Assembly (NCBI RefSeq): GCF_006345805.1
Contig: NC_043018.1
Coordinates: 22,568,001-22,632,000 of the forward strand
Direction of reading: 5' to 3'
Length of the DNA: 64,000 nucleotides
DNA from: Octopus sinensis
Taxonomy: Eukaryota
Shown: positions 26,438 through 39,709 of the stretch, one piece after another
How positions within the stretch are numbered: position 1 is the stretch's first letter
Layout: each line of letters opens with the position of its first letter
Translations under genes and position numbers: made by a program
Notes under the pieces: generated by a model
What the model was told of the DNA's origin: nothing
The model's database searches: none
What the model saw: the letters and a program-made list of their open reading frames with translations, nothing else

Positions 26438-27932
26438 TGTGTGCGTGCATGCAGTGTAGCTTAGATGTGAACAGAGGCAAAACGAGCCATACACAAGCAC
26501 ACTCATACATAGACACTTACAGACACAAAGACAAATGTGCAGAAGTACTCAAAGACAAATGCCAGTTCCTCAATCAACTGAATAAACTACTCACTGAGCA
26601 TGCATGGCTGAGTATTCCACAGACTGGCGTGCAAAGCTGGCTCTTTGAATTACAGGTACATTAGTTCATTAAGGCGGCAAGCTGGCAGAAACGTTAGCAC
26701 GTCGGGCGAAATGCGTAGCCGTATTTCGTCTGCCGTTACGTTCTGAGTTCAAATTCCGCCGAGGTCGACTTTACTTTTCATCCTTTCGGGATCGATAACT
26801 TAAGTACCAGTTACGCACTGGGGTCGATGTAATCGACTTAATCCGTTTGTCTGTCCTTGTTTGTCCCCTCTGTGTTTAGCCCCTTGTGGGTAATAAAGAA
26901 ATAGGTACATTAGTCCATTCAAAGGATCTCATTGGGTGGGCACACGCACAAGCACACAAGCATACATGCACACACATGCACATTCATTTATATCTATGTA
27001 CGACAGGCTTCTTCCAGTTTACAGCTATCAAATCCATTCACAAGGCTTTGGTCAGCCTGGGTCTATGGAAGAGAAACTTATCCAAAATACCACATATATT
27101 TCTTTATTGCCCACAAGGGGCTAAACACAGAGGGGACAAACAAGGACAGACAAACGGATTAAGTCGATTACATCGATCCCAGTGCGTAACTGGTACTTAA
27201 TTTATCGACCCCGAAAGGATGAAAGGCAAAGTCGACCTCGACGGAATTTGAACTCAGAACGTAACGGCAGACGAAATACCTATTTCTTTAATACCTACAA
27301 GGGGCTAAACACAGAGGGGACAAACAAGGACAGACAAACGGATTAAGTCGATTACATTGATCCCAGTGCGTAACTGGTACTTAATTTATCGACCCCGAAA
27401 GGATGAAAGGCAAAGTCGACCTCGACGGAATTTGAACTCAAAACGTAACGGCAGACGAAATACGGCTACGCATTTCGCCCGGCGTGCTAACGTTTCTGCC
27501 AGCTCGCCGCCTTATCCAAAATATCCAAAATACCACGTAGTGTGATTGGACCCCCAAACCATGTGATTGGGAAGTAAGCGTCTTACCATCCTACCATACC
27601 TGTGCCTCCACACAGCCATACATGCACTTAATATACATATAACATTTATAAACATACAGTGAATACATCTTCACAAATGTGCCCATTTACTTATAAACAT
27701 GGACACACACTCACTCACACACACACACACACACACAGAATTAGAAATATCTGTCTATATATGTGCACATATAATACACAGTGGCTGTGTGGTAAGTAGC
27801 TTGTTTACCAACCACATGGTTCTGGGTTCAGTCCCACTGCGTGGCACCTTGGGCAAGTGTCTTATACTATAGCCTCGGGCCGACCAAAGCTTGTGAGTGG
27901 ATTTGGTAGACGGAAACTGAAAGATACCCGTC

Positions 27933-28011
<79 letters not shown>

Positions 28012-28751
28012 ATATTATTATATATAGCGTAGTGTGTGTGTTTGTGTGTCTGTGTGTCTGTGTTGTCACCCTAGCATTGCTTGACAACCGATGCTGGTGT
28101 GTTTATGTCCCCGTTACTTAGCGGTTCGGCAAAAAGAGACCGATTGAATATGTACTGGGCTTACAAAAGAATAAGTCCCGGGGTCGATTTGCTCGACTAA
28201 AGGCGGTGCTCCAGCATGGCCGCAGTCAAATGACTGAAACAAGTAAAAGAGTAAAAGATATACAAACATGCACATACGCACATATGTACACTCACACACA
28301 TGCACATAAACACAGACACACACACAAAGACGCACACAGACTTTAAAATGTCTATTTAAAGTATGTGCGCTCATAATACACAAACACATACACTCACACA
28401 TGAACACATATATGGACAAATATAAAAGAAAGAATTTTTTTGAATTTAGTGTAAGGGAGCTGACATTTGAGGTCAACATGACAATGGCTGCATGGCTGAA
28501 TTCTTTACGCAGTAGTCACCACAGTCTGTTATAAACAGCCTTCAAGAAACTGTCATAGAAAGAGAATGACACATCAGATAATGTATTCTTACCCTTTTAC
28601 CTTTCACATGTATCAGTCATATGCTGGGACATCACCCTGAAAGGTTTACTTCAACAAACTGATGCCAGTACTTATTTTTCTAAGCTTGGGACATATGATT
28701 TTGGTCTCATTTTGCTGAACTGCTAAGTTATGGCAATGTAAACAAACCATG

Positions 28752-28782
<31 letters not shown>

Positions 28783-30729
28783 ATATTTATCTGTCAATTG
28801 GTCTTTGTATGTGTGTGTGTGTATACATATATTATATATATATTTAAAAAAGGAGATGTGGAACACGAGTTGTGATATATAAAAAAAGGAAATGAAGAAA
28901 ATGCTGACAAAATAATATAAGTAAGGGAGAGTGTATTTAATTAGGTGAAAGAAGGGCGTGAAGCCGCCGCACGCCTAGGACCCGCGCGCGCAAGGCGCGG
29001 CGGCTGCTGCGACGGCCCGTACGCGTCGGTCTCACTCTAATATTTGCGCCGCGACCAATGCGGAAGGCCGACCGTATCGTCGCGACCGGAAGGGACGGGC
29101 GCGGATGTGCCGCCCCCGAACCGGCTGAGCGGACGCCGGCGACGCCGCGAAGGCGCGACGGCTGCCGAACGCCGTTTTCGAACCCGACGCCCGGGTGCGA
29201 CCTGCGATCGCGGATTCGGTTGCATGTATATATATTATATTAATATATATATATATATATATATATTAATATATATATTATGGATTTCGAAGACAGGAAC
29301 TGAAACAAATCAATCGTATATATATGTATGTATATATGTAAGTGTATGTGTGTGTCTTTGTCTCTGTGTTTCGCCCTCATCACTGCTTCACAACTGCTGT
29401 TCATTTATTTACATTCCCATAACTTACTGGTTCACAAGAACAAACTAATAGAATAAGTACCAGGTTTATGAACATAAAAAAAGCGCTAAGCTGTGTCTCA
29501 TATTTTTGTTTGCCCACTCAGTTGTATCTATCAGTTTATCTTTGTGTGTGTGTGTGTGTGTCTGTGTGTGTGTGTGTGTGTGTGTATGTGTGTGTGTTTG
29601 TGTGTGTGTGTGTGCGTACATATATATAACACCCTAATGGGGGCCTTAACTCCCAAATTTTAGTCATTTCTTTTATGATCCAAAACTATGTCAAAAGTAG
29701 AGAATGGATCTTTATGAAATTTGGAAATTCTATTCTATGAATAAGGGCCATAACCCCCATGACAATTCATATATTTTTCCTGTTGATGAAATTTTAACCA
29801 TAGATATTAGACACAAATGAAGTAATTTTTATAAAATTTCATCTTCTTACAAATTATAAAGACCCCTCCATGGGGACTTAACACCCACAATTTTGTCAGT
29901 TTATCTAAGCAAAAACGAATACAGTTTTGCTCTTGGAAGCTGTAGGGTTACCCGAGCATAAAAGATGAGCATTATTTGTAATTCAATGGTACAACAGTGT
30001 AACAGTTTGTTTTCACTTACACTTACATTGTGATTTCTGCAATGCGCTGCATAAATTATCAAGTAAATGAGAGGCATCATTGCCTCCACTGATTCAATTG
30101 CAAAGTATTGAGTAAAGTTATTTGATTGCAGACCTCCTTTCAGTCTTTTTATTATCACTGGGTCGCACATAGTCCCCAGGATGTAACATTGATTTCAAGG
30201 CCTTCCCAGATGAGTGACTGGTTATTCAAAGACTTTTATAGATTGCAAATTTATTCTGTCCAGTTACGTATCAGTATAGTGGTCATTTGCAAACTCCAGA
30301 TGTGACACTTTCATTTCTCCTTAGCCCTCACGTCACACAGCTGTTAATGTTTATTTCAGTTGGGTCTCGCCCTTCCAATTGCTATGTTTTTCACACTTTA
30401 AGTGCAGCTTACTACATGAATTTGTAACTAATACAACACAGAGTGACTAAAATGTCCTCAGAACACAAACAAGCCCCCTACACTGACCACTACTGGACGG
30501 AAAACTGAAGGTAACGTGAGCTGCCGCAGAAACCCGTATAAACCATGGCTAAAATCAAACTGAAGGTAACGTGAGCTGCAGCAGCTGGGTGGCATAATGC
30601 AATTTAATATTGTCACACCTTAGAATCTCATTTTTGCCAGGTGTCACTAGGTACCCGTATAAGTCATAGCTAAAATCAAAGTCAGAAAATGTACAGTCGT
30701 AATTGCGTGAAAATTAATATGATTTAAAC

Positions 30730-31030
30730 TCATTTGTCTACAATGTCTTGTACAGAATTGGCAACCAATACCTTTACCAGTAATAGCCGGCTGTAGTTGC
30801 AACTGGGCTTCATGTACCTTTGCATGTCATTTAAGTCCTCCTGCCGAATTACACTCTCTTCCACATGCCCGACAGATATGATTAGTATGGTGTGTAACAC
30901 CACCACCAGTGGCCGGGTTGTCACTCATCTGTCTCGTTTTATGACTACGAAGATGGCTCTTGAGTCCAGCTTTACTGAGGCAGGGTCTTGCACAGACACT
31001 GCATGTCAGCATCATAGGAAGACCCTTCCC
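30730..31030 (-). pseudogene. Three C2H2-type zinc fingers, probably the C-terminus of an RTE-like LINE
   Basis: CSVCARPCLSKAGLKSHLRSH, CRACGRECNSAGGLK*HAKVH (in-frame stop) and CQFC. Confidence 0.55.
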
Positions 31031-31056
31031 ATCTGGAAGTGTAACAGCGATGACAA

Positions 31057-31112
<56 letters not shown>

Positions 31113-31124
31113 GATAGATAGATG

Positions 31125-31229
<105 letters not shown>

Positions 31230-31772
31230 GTGGTAGATGGATAGATACATGAATGAATGGATGGATAGATGGATGGCTGGATAGATATGTTTCTTTTTTA
31301 GCCACACAGGGCTGCACACAGACGGGACAGATTACAAAGTAGAGCTTTTCTTTTTTGGGGGAAAAAAGTGGGGTAGGTTTTAAATCAAAAGGGATCGTAA
31401 AAGGAAAGAAGAAAAAAAGAGAAAAAGAGGAAAAGAAACAAAAGAAAAGAAAAAAGGAAAAAAAGGATCAATAAGGATCGTGTATCACAGTGTCATGATG
31501 TAAGGTGTAAAGGGGGAAGCAGATAAGGTTTATCCGTGGGAAGAAAAGCCTACGGAAAAGACCACAGTAAACTCGGTCAATATTGTTATATGTTACCACA
31601 TTTGTTTGCAAGTGGGTAACCATCTGTCTTCAATTTCCGGGTTCATAGGATTATGCTCAAGGTTGCTTCATCATTCATACGCGCCATCCTTGCTACATTC
31701 ACCCATCTTTTTTTAAAACATTCGCTAGACAAAACTTGCCTCTCTACTCTCACTTTCCTTTTCAAGTGATAC

Positions 31773-31901
<129 letters not shown>

Positions 31902-32034
31902 CCAGCATATCACTGAAATAACTGGCGACCACTGAGTGAAATATAGCATAGGAAGAGAAAGTATATTGCCAAAACATGGACACTGAAAGCGCAAATATAA
32001 ACCAAATGGAAACACAATTAAGATAATAACTCAC

Positions 32035-32118
32035 CAGCGGATCTCCAAGAATGTAACCATAGAGAGGATCAATGCAAAACAAACCCTGTTTGAAGTCGGC
32101 AACTATCTTACATTCCAT
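32035..32118 (-). CDS. IDO: IDO-family gene, coding exon 1 (MECKIVADFKQGLFCIDPLYGYILGDPL)
   Basis: ATG at 32118, gtgagt donor, 84 nt, phase 0. FCIDPLYGYILGDP matches the IDO N-terminal motif (human IDO1 YHIDEEVGFALPNP). In-frame stop upstream. IDO subclass not determined. Confidence 0.8.
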
Positions 32119-32398
32119 CGTATTCCGGTAGCACTCTCGTCTTACGTATTTAAGCAAATGGAGATAATTATGGGGTTTTGATTGAGTTTAGACTGAAATA
32201 GAAACGTACTGTAACTTGAGGTTGAGTGTGATAGCTTTATACAAATATATCGAGTGTCGAATAATGTGAATTTTGTATAGTGTAGTATTGTGTAACGGTG
32301 TAAACTGTGTAGAGAATAATGCATGTATAGAATGTTTACTGAGGTAGCTTTGATATTTATACACTCAGTGAGCGGTATGTATACATGTGATTGTCTGA

Positions 32399-32520
<122 letters not shown>

Positions 32521-32531
32521 TAATATATATA

Positions 32532-32583
<52 letters not shown>

Positions 32584-32746
32584 ATTTGTGTTGATGTGTG
32601 TATATGTATGTGTGTGTGTGTATGTTTGTGTTTCTGAGGTGTGTGCGCGTATGTTTTTATACACGTCATTGTCATTAAATTAACCACCCAAAGTAATAAA
32701 CACTAGAAATCTGTTGTTTAATTAAGCAATAGGTGTGTGTGTGTGT

Positions 32747-32807
<61 letters not shown>

Positions 32808-32864
32808 CCATATGAGTGTCCATCTGTGTGTGTGAGTTTATATGAATGTGTGCATTGCTTAAGT

Positions 32865-32912
<48 letters not shown>

Positions 32913-34139
32913 ATATATATATATATATATATGTTATATATATACATGAAGATTAAAAGAACACAGTGATATATGATTGACATATTATATATTTAATTTA
33001 TTGACATTATATAATTATCATATAATATAATATAATATAATATGATATAATTTAATATAATAAGAATACGAAAACAAATATTTGTTCTACAATTTGTTTC
33101 GATTCATACCAATTATGAATCTATAAAAAAATTCATATTTATGGGTATATATCACATCAGGGTAATATTTACCAAAAATCAGACAAAAATTCCATGCAAA
33201 GATTGCTAAATCATAGAATAGGCTGAATTAAATATACTTGTGTTTGTAAGCGTGAGCGTCGTTAGAATTTTAAACTATTATAAAAATAAAGATTAAAAAA
33301 TTCAAATAAATAAAATAACTTAATAAAAACTAGTACAACGGTCATAAAATATTCTCATACACTTTTAAGAATATTAATCTAAAAATATTTTAATCTAAAA
33401 ACATTTCTGCTCATTATAATCTAAATAATATGCTAAGAATTTATGGCGTAGTAAGAAATATATTCTTTAATTCTCCATACTATTATGGAGTGGTTGTGTG
33501 GTAAGTAGCTTGTTTACCAACCACATGGTTCCGGGTTCAGTCCCACTGCGTGGCACCTTGGGCAAGTGTCTTCTACTATAGCCTCGGGGCAACCAAAACC
33601 TTGTGAGTGGATTTGGTAGACGGAAACTGAAAGAAGCCCGTCGTATATATGTGTATATATATATGTGTGTGTGTGTGTATGTTTGTGTGTCTGTGTTTGT
33701 CCCCCCCCCCAACATCGCTTGACAACCGATGCTGGTGTGTTTACGTCCCCGTCACTTAGCGGTTCGGCAAAGGAGACCGATAGAATAAGTACTAGGCTTA
33801 CAAAGAATAAGTCCTGCGGTCGATTTGCTCGACTAAAGGCGGTGCTCCAGCATGGCCACAGTCAAATGGATGAAACAAGTAAAAGAGTAAAAGAGTATTA
33901 TCAGACAAAATACTCAGAAGCATTCATTAATCTCGAAAAAGAAACAACTCGGTCAATACTAAATAATATAAATTACACTTTATTCATTATTCATAATCAC
34001 CAATAGTAAAATTACAATCAAAATAAAAATCACGAAGTTTTATTAAGAAAATGACTTTCGTAAAAAATGAAAATATAAATATACTCCCTGGAGAGAAGAC
34101 GAGAGAGGTATGCAGTAATATATGTCTGGAAGATCCTGG

Positions 34140-34540
34140 AAGGAATTGTGCCAAATTTTAGCATTGTAAGCTACACCAATGCTAGAACGGGACGACACTG
34201 CATAGTGCCAAAGATCCCAGCAATGCCATCACGCTTCAGGACCAGCTTCTGCAACAGCCTGGGTTTCAAGGGCCCACAGCTTTTTAATATATTCTCCCAA
34301 AAGAGTCAGAGGAACTTGCACAAGGTGGATGTAGCGGTTTTTAAATCAAAGCTGGACATCTTCCTGTCAGGAGTCCCAGATGAACCTACCTCACGGCAAG
34401 AGGTGCAAATGAGAGTAGCTATATCAAACTCCATTCTTCACCAAGTGCCACATATGAGACGAGGTTCGTCGCAATAACAGTGTAGCACAAAACGGCGGTG
34501 CATCAGCATGGCCGCAGCTCTGAGCTGAAACTAGAAAAAT
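34140..34540 (+). mobile_element. CR1/L2-group LINE 3-prime end; second copy at 59050-59440
   Basis: GPQLFNI...FKSKLDIFLSGVPDEPT...SNS ORF2 C-terminus in both copies. Confidence 0.7.
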
Positions 34541-34696
34541 ATATATATATACATCAATATAATTAATAACATAATTATATTCTTTTCTACACTAGGCACA
34601 AGGCATGGAATTTGTGGGGAGGGGGCAAGTCGATTAGATCGACCCCAGTACGCAACTGGTACTTAATTTATCGACCCCGAAAGGATGAAAGGCAAA

Positions 34697-35121
34697 GTCA
34701 TCTCATAAATAATGCGTTTTTATTTTTCAATTGCATGAACTAAAAGTCAGAGGTGGACGGAATAAACAACCTGCATCAACTTACTGTAAAGCAGGTTGTA
34801 ATTTTATCTCGTACTTATTCTTAGTGCAAGTTTTGAAAAATTTAGTTCGATTTTAACAGTTATTTTTTTCAAAGCTATAATGGAAGTGACAAAGGAACAT
34901 ATTTTGCAACGCAACGGAAAGTGCGCGGAATATTAATATAGGCGCAGGAGTGGCTGTGTGGTAAGTAGCTTGTTTACCAGCCACATGGTTCCGGGTTCAG
35001 TCCCACTACGTGGCACCTTGGGCAAGTGTCTTCTACTGTAGCCTCGGGCCGACCAAAGCCTTGTGAGTGGATTTGGTAGACGGAAACTGAAAGAAGCCTG
35101 TCGTATACATGTATATATATA

Positions 35122-35217
<96 letters not shown>

Positions 35218-36305
35218 TTGTGTGTCTGTGTTTGTCCCCCTAGCATTGCTTGACAACCGATGCTGGTGTGTTTATGTCCCCGTCACTTAGCGGTTCGGCA
35301 AAAGAGACCGATAGAATAAGTACTGGGCTTACAAAGAATAAGTCCCGGGTCGAGTTGCTCGATTAAAGGTGGTGCTCCAGCATGGCCGCAGTCAAATGAC
35401 TGAAACAAGTAAAAGAGTAAAAGAGAGAGAGAGAGCAGTATATGGGGATCGGACAATAAACGTAAACCAGTCTCAACGGTGGTTCCAGAAATTCCGAGCC
35501 GGAAACTACAGCCTAGAAAACGAGCCTCGTTCTTGAAGATCTGTAGAGCTCGACGAGGACGTTTTGCAAACCCTGGTGGGGCAATATTCCATCGTAACTG
35601 TTGTGGAACTAGCAGAGAAGCTTGGATTTGGTCATTTAACCATTCATCAACTCCAGGATCCCGAGTGGCCTTCGCAGCTGGCCGCGGAGGTCCTACTGGA
35701 TAACGATCTGTGCAGGATCGCGAATTCTTTCCCGGAGGACTCCTTTCAATTTATACCTGTATACAAAGGCCTGACGAAGAACGATTGCCTCAATGAAGCA
35801 AGAGCGCTCATCGGCCGGGTAACGTGAACCTATTTTTGTATTATATTGAGAAAGAGGTTTATTGCCTCTTGTAAAATACACCAGTACCATCTTTGGTGTC
35901 AAGACGAAAGATGTTCTTCCATCAGGATAATGCTCGGCCACATATAGCGTGGATGACATTCCAAAGCCTAGTGAAGCTTGAATGGGAAACGATGCCCCAC
36001 CCACCATCTTTGCCGGAAATTGTTCCATCTGATTACCATTTATTTTGCAGTCTTCAAAATCATTTGGACGGAAACAATATGAATTCTGTAGACGAGGTCA
36101 GAACAGTACTGGAGGGGTATATTTTTTATCACGGTCAAGTGAATTTTGGAAGTGGGGCCTTGCAAGCCTACCAGATAGATGGAAGAGCATTGTAGAAAAT
36201 GAAGGAGAGTATATTTTAGATTTAAAAAATGATTGTGTTTATCTTAATTATGAAAAATAAAAGAAGTATTTAAAAACACTGTATTATTTATGGTATTACC
36301 CAATA
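34697..36305 (+). mobile_element. Decayed mariner element, interrupted by a SINE and internally deleted
   Basis: TIR remnants at both ends; N-terminal HTH (RWFQKFRAGNYSLENEPRS) and FHQDNARPH / HPPSLPEIVPSDYHLF motifs. Confidence 0.85.
34940..35425 (+). mobile_element. tRNA-derived SINE family B with an internal (TA)n(GT)n tract (representative; about 18 copies, e.g. 3290-3705, 21910-22318, 27780-28260, 38540-38950, 39280-39700, 48905-49320, 52835-53245, 60810-61490)
   Basis: Head ggcgcaggagtggctgtgtggtaag...gggttcagtccc; tail ggcggtgctccagcatggccgcagtcaaatgactgaaacaagtaaaagag. Confidence 0.85.
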
Positions 36306-37285
36306 TAATGTAATACTAAATTCATTTATTAATGTAAAAAATATATTATAAACTAGTAGTATCGCCCGGCGTTGCTCGGGTTTGTAAGGGAAATAACTAT
36401 ATAAGCATTTTTAGAGATGTAAAGTATAATAGCCATCTCAATATGGTTAACCACAAGGGGGGGGGTTACTGTGGCTTTTTACGTTCTGAGATTTAATAAT
36501 AAATTTTTAGAGAGTTACTTCCCTTATATATGCCAAAAATGCATTAAAAATGGGAAAAATTGATGGTAAATTTTTTTTTTAAATCGTATACTCATCGTAG
36601 ACGCGCGCTTATACCCAGAAGGGCTTGATATGAATCACGACTATAAGATACCTGCTTTTGGTTAAACTGCACCGCAAAATGTGGGAGTAGTTAGGAATCT
36701 AAATCGTAGGAGACAGATAGCACACAACCTCACTTTTATATATAAAGATATCCCTAACAATATACTAATTTAAACTTACAAATAACTATATAAGCATTTT
36801 TAGAGAGTTACTTCCCTTATAGATGCCAATTCGAGCTTTCTTAGCCATTTCTGTTTTGGTGTCTTCAAGCCATGAAGTCGTTGTTCTAAAAGAACGCTGG
36901 TCTCCTTGACAACGCTTTACGACATTGATTTCCTTACACTCCCTTCCCCACAGCTTCACGAATGAGGGAAGACGGGGGAGAAGCAAACAGGTGCAGGTTT
37001 GACCACGGACGCCGACTCCGCCGCCATCGACACACGAAAAATTATGCATTAAAATGGAATAAAAAATGATGTTAAATTATTTTTAAAATCGTAGACTCAT
37101 CGTAGACGCGCGCTAATAGCCAGACGGGCTCGATATGAATCACGACTATAAGATACCCGGTTTTGGTTAAACTGCACCGCAAAATGTGGGAGGAGTTAGG
37201 AATCTAAATCGAAGGGGACAGACACTCACACAACTACAGTTTTATATATATAGATATAGTGGTGGTGGTGGTGGTGGTGGTGGTG

Positions 37286-37329
<44 letters not shown>

Positions 37330-37336
37330 TGTGTTG

Positions 37337-37395
<59 letters not shown>

Positions 37396-37426
37396 GGTGG
37401 TGGTAGTGATGGTGGTTGTGTTGGTG

Positions 37427-37485
<59 letters not shown>

Positions 37486-37511
37486 TAGTAGTAGTAGTTG
37501 TGTTGGTGGTG

Positions 37512-37553
<42 letters not shown>

Positions 37554-37556
37554 CTT

Positions 37557-37598
<42 letters not shown>

Positions 37599-38021
37599 AC
37601 AACGTAATGTTTGCTAAACTTTTAATTCTGCCAGAATAAGGGAATAATTTTTGTTTTCTTTTTTTGGTATGTGTTTTTTTCTTCTTCTCCTCCTCTTGTC
37701 TAGGTCACTCGAGTTAAGAACCAATATTATATCATCGAGTGCCGACTGCTGGTGTCTCGACAGCCATAAAACAGGTAATATTAAAACTATAAAGTGATAT
37801 TTTATTGTTTCTCAATGAGAAGAAATAAATCTTTTATTGTCTTTTTTTTTAAGTTTATATTTTCTAGTGGTTTTTTTTTTTTTACAAAGTGTTTAACAGC
37901 GTCAATAAGTAGATTCTCTTTCTGATTAAGAGGGAAGTTCTAACCAGATCTAATCAAGTTATGTGATTTCAATTTGCGGTTGAATAATTAATTACATTTG
38001 CCAGGTGTTGAGTGAGAGGGA

Positions 38022-38245
38022 AATTTTTCTCCCCTAAAATATAAGCGCAAAATATAAGCGCAATTTTTCTCCCCTAAAATATAAGCGCAAAATATAAGCG
38101 CAATTTTTCTCCCCTAAAATATAAGCGCAAAATATAAGCGCAATTTTTCTCCCCTAAAATATAAGCGCAAAATATAAGCGCAATTTTTCTCCCCTAAAAT
38201 ATAAGCGCAAAATATAAGCGCAATTTTTCTCCCCTAAAATATAAG
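38022..38245. repeat. Perfect 40-bp minisatellite, about 5.5 copies
   Basis: Unit aatttttctcccctaaaatataagcgcaaaatataagcgc. Confidence 0.95.
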
Positions 38246-38319
38246 ACTGTATGGTAACGAGCTTGCTTCCCAACTACATAGTTCCGGGTTCGGTTTCAGT
38301 GAGTGACACCTTGAGCAAT

Positions 38320-38711
38320 ATGTCGGTTCACATGGTCTGATGTTATTTAAAATTGGTTGGAAGAGCACAAAAGGGAAATAAACCAATTGGATTGACGCCC
38401 CACAATCACCGAATCTCTATATAATCGAACAGTTATTTAGAGCAGCAGGTGAGGAGCCACTACTTTTCTCCACCATCGTTTCTGAAAGAGCTGAAGCAGA
38501 TTTTATTTGAAGAATGGTTCAAAATTCTGCTGCCAATATAGGCGCAGGAGTGGCTGTGTGGTAAGTAGCTTGCTAACCAACCACATGGTTCCGGGTTCAG
38601 TCCCACTGCGTGGCATCTTGGGCAAGTGTCTTCTGCTATAGCCCCGGGCCGACCAATGCCTTGTGAGTGGATTTGGTAGACGGAAACTGAAAGAAGCCTG
38701 TCGTATATATG

Positions 38712-38752
<41 letters not shown>

Positions 38753-39080
38753 TTATGTTTGTCCCCCTAGCATTGCTTGACAACCGATGCTGGTGTGTTT
38801 ACGTCCCCGTCACTTAGCGGTTCGGCAAAAAAGACCGATAAAATAAGTACTGGGCTTACAAAAGAATAAGTCCCAGGGTCGAGTTGCTCGATTAAAGGCA
38901 GTGCTCCAGCATAGCCGCAGTCAAATGGATGAAACAAGTAAAAGAGTAATCGTCCAGAATCTGTACAAGTTAATTTCTCGAGTCGTTAAAGCTATGATTG
39001 ATGCCAAAGGTTGAACAGCTCCGCATTAAATAGTAAAACTTCCATCTAACAAGGAATTTCCATTATTTTGTCCAACTCTG
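38320..39080 (+). mobile_element. Tc1-like transposase C-terminal remnant split by a family-B SINE
   Basis: NWLEEHKREINQLD*.PQSPNLYIIEQL before the SINE and VKAMIDAKG after it, followed by a cattattttgtccaac TIR-like end. Confidence 0.65.
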
Positions 39081-39709
39081 GTGCACACACGAGCGCGGGA
39101 CCAACTTCAATATAGTTTTTCTTTTGTGTATGAACTTCACCCATAACGCATTCGTCGGTTCAGAGTAATAGTAGAAAAACCTTACCCAAGAAGCCTGCAC
39201 CACACAAGAGAGCTTTCTGTATATAACTGTTGTTGTAAGAAACACTCCAATAATAGAATTATTATTAAAACTTCGACATGGCGCAGGAGTGGCTGTGTGG
39301 TAAGTAGCTTGCTAACCAACCACATGGTTCTGGGTTCAATCCCACTGCGTGGCATCTTGGGCAAGTGTCTTCTACTATAGCCTCGGGCCGACCAAAGCCT
39401 TGTGAGTGGATTTGGTAGACGGAAACTGAAAGAAGCCTGTCGTATATATGTATATATATATATATGTATGTGTGTCTGTGTTTGTGTGTCTGTGTTTGTC
39501 CCCCTAGCATTGCTTGACAACCGATGCTGGTGTGTGTTTACGTCCCCGTCACTTAGCGGTTCGGCAAAAGAGACCGATAGAATAAGTACTGGGCTTATAA
39601 AGAATAAGTCCTGGGGTCGATTTGCTCGACTAAAGGCGGTGCTCCAGCATGGCCGCAGTCAAATGACTGAAACAAGTAAAAGAGTAAAGAGTAAAGAGAG
39701 TATGTAGAG

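Noticed and set aside
29640-29900. Possible mollusc Helentron/HINE-like core (aagggccataac)
   Set aside because: Single degraded occurrence with no definable ends; insufficient support.
36786-37049. Identical 87-aa ORFs here and at 51889-52152
   Set aside because: They lie in the internal region of a non-autonomous Helitron subfamily; no Rep/helicase motifs.
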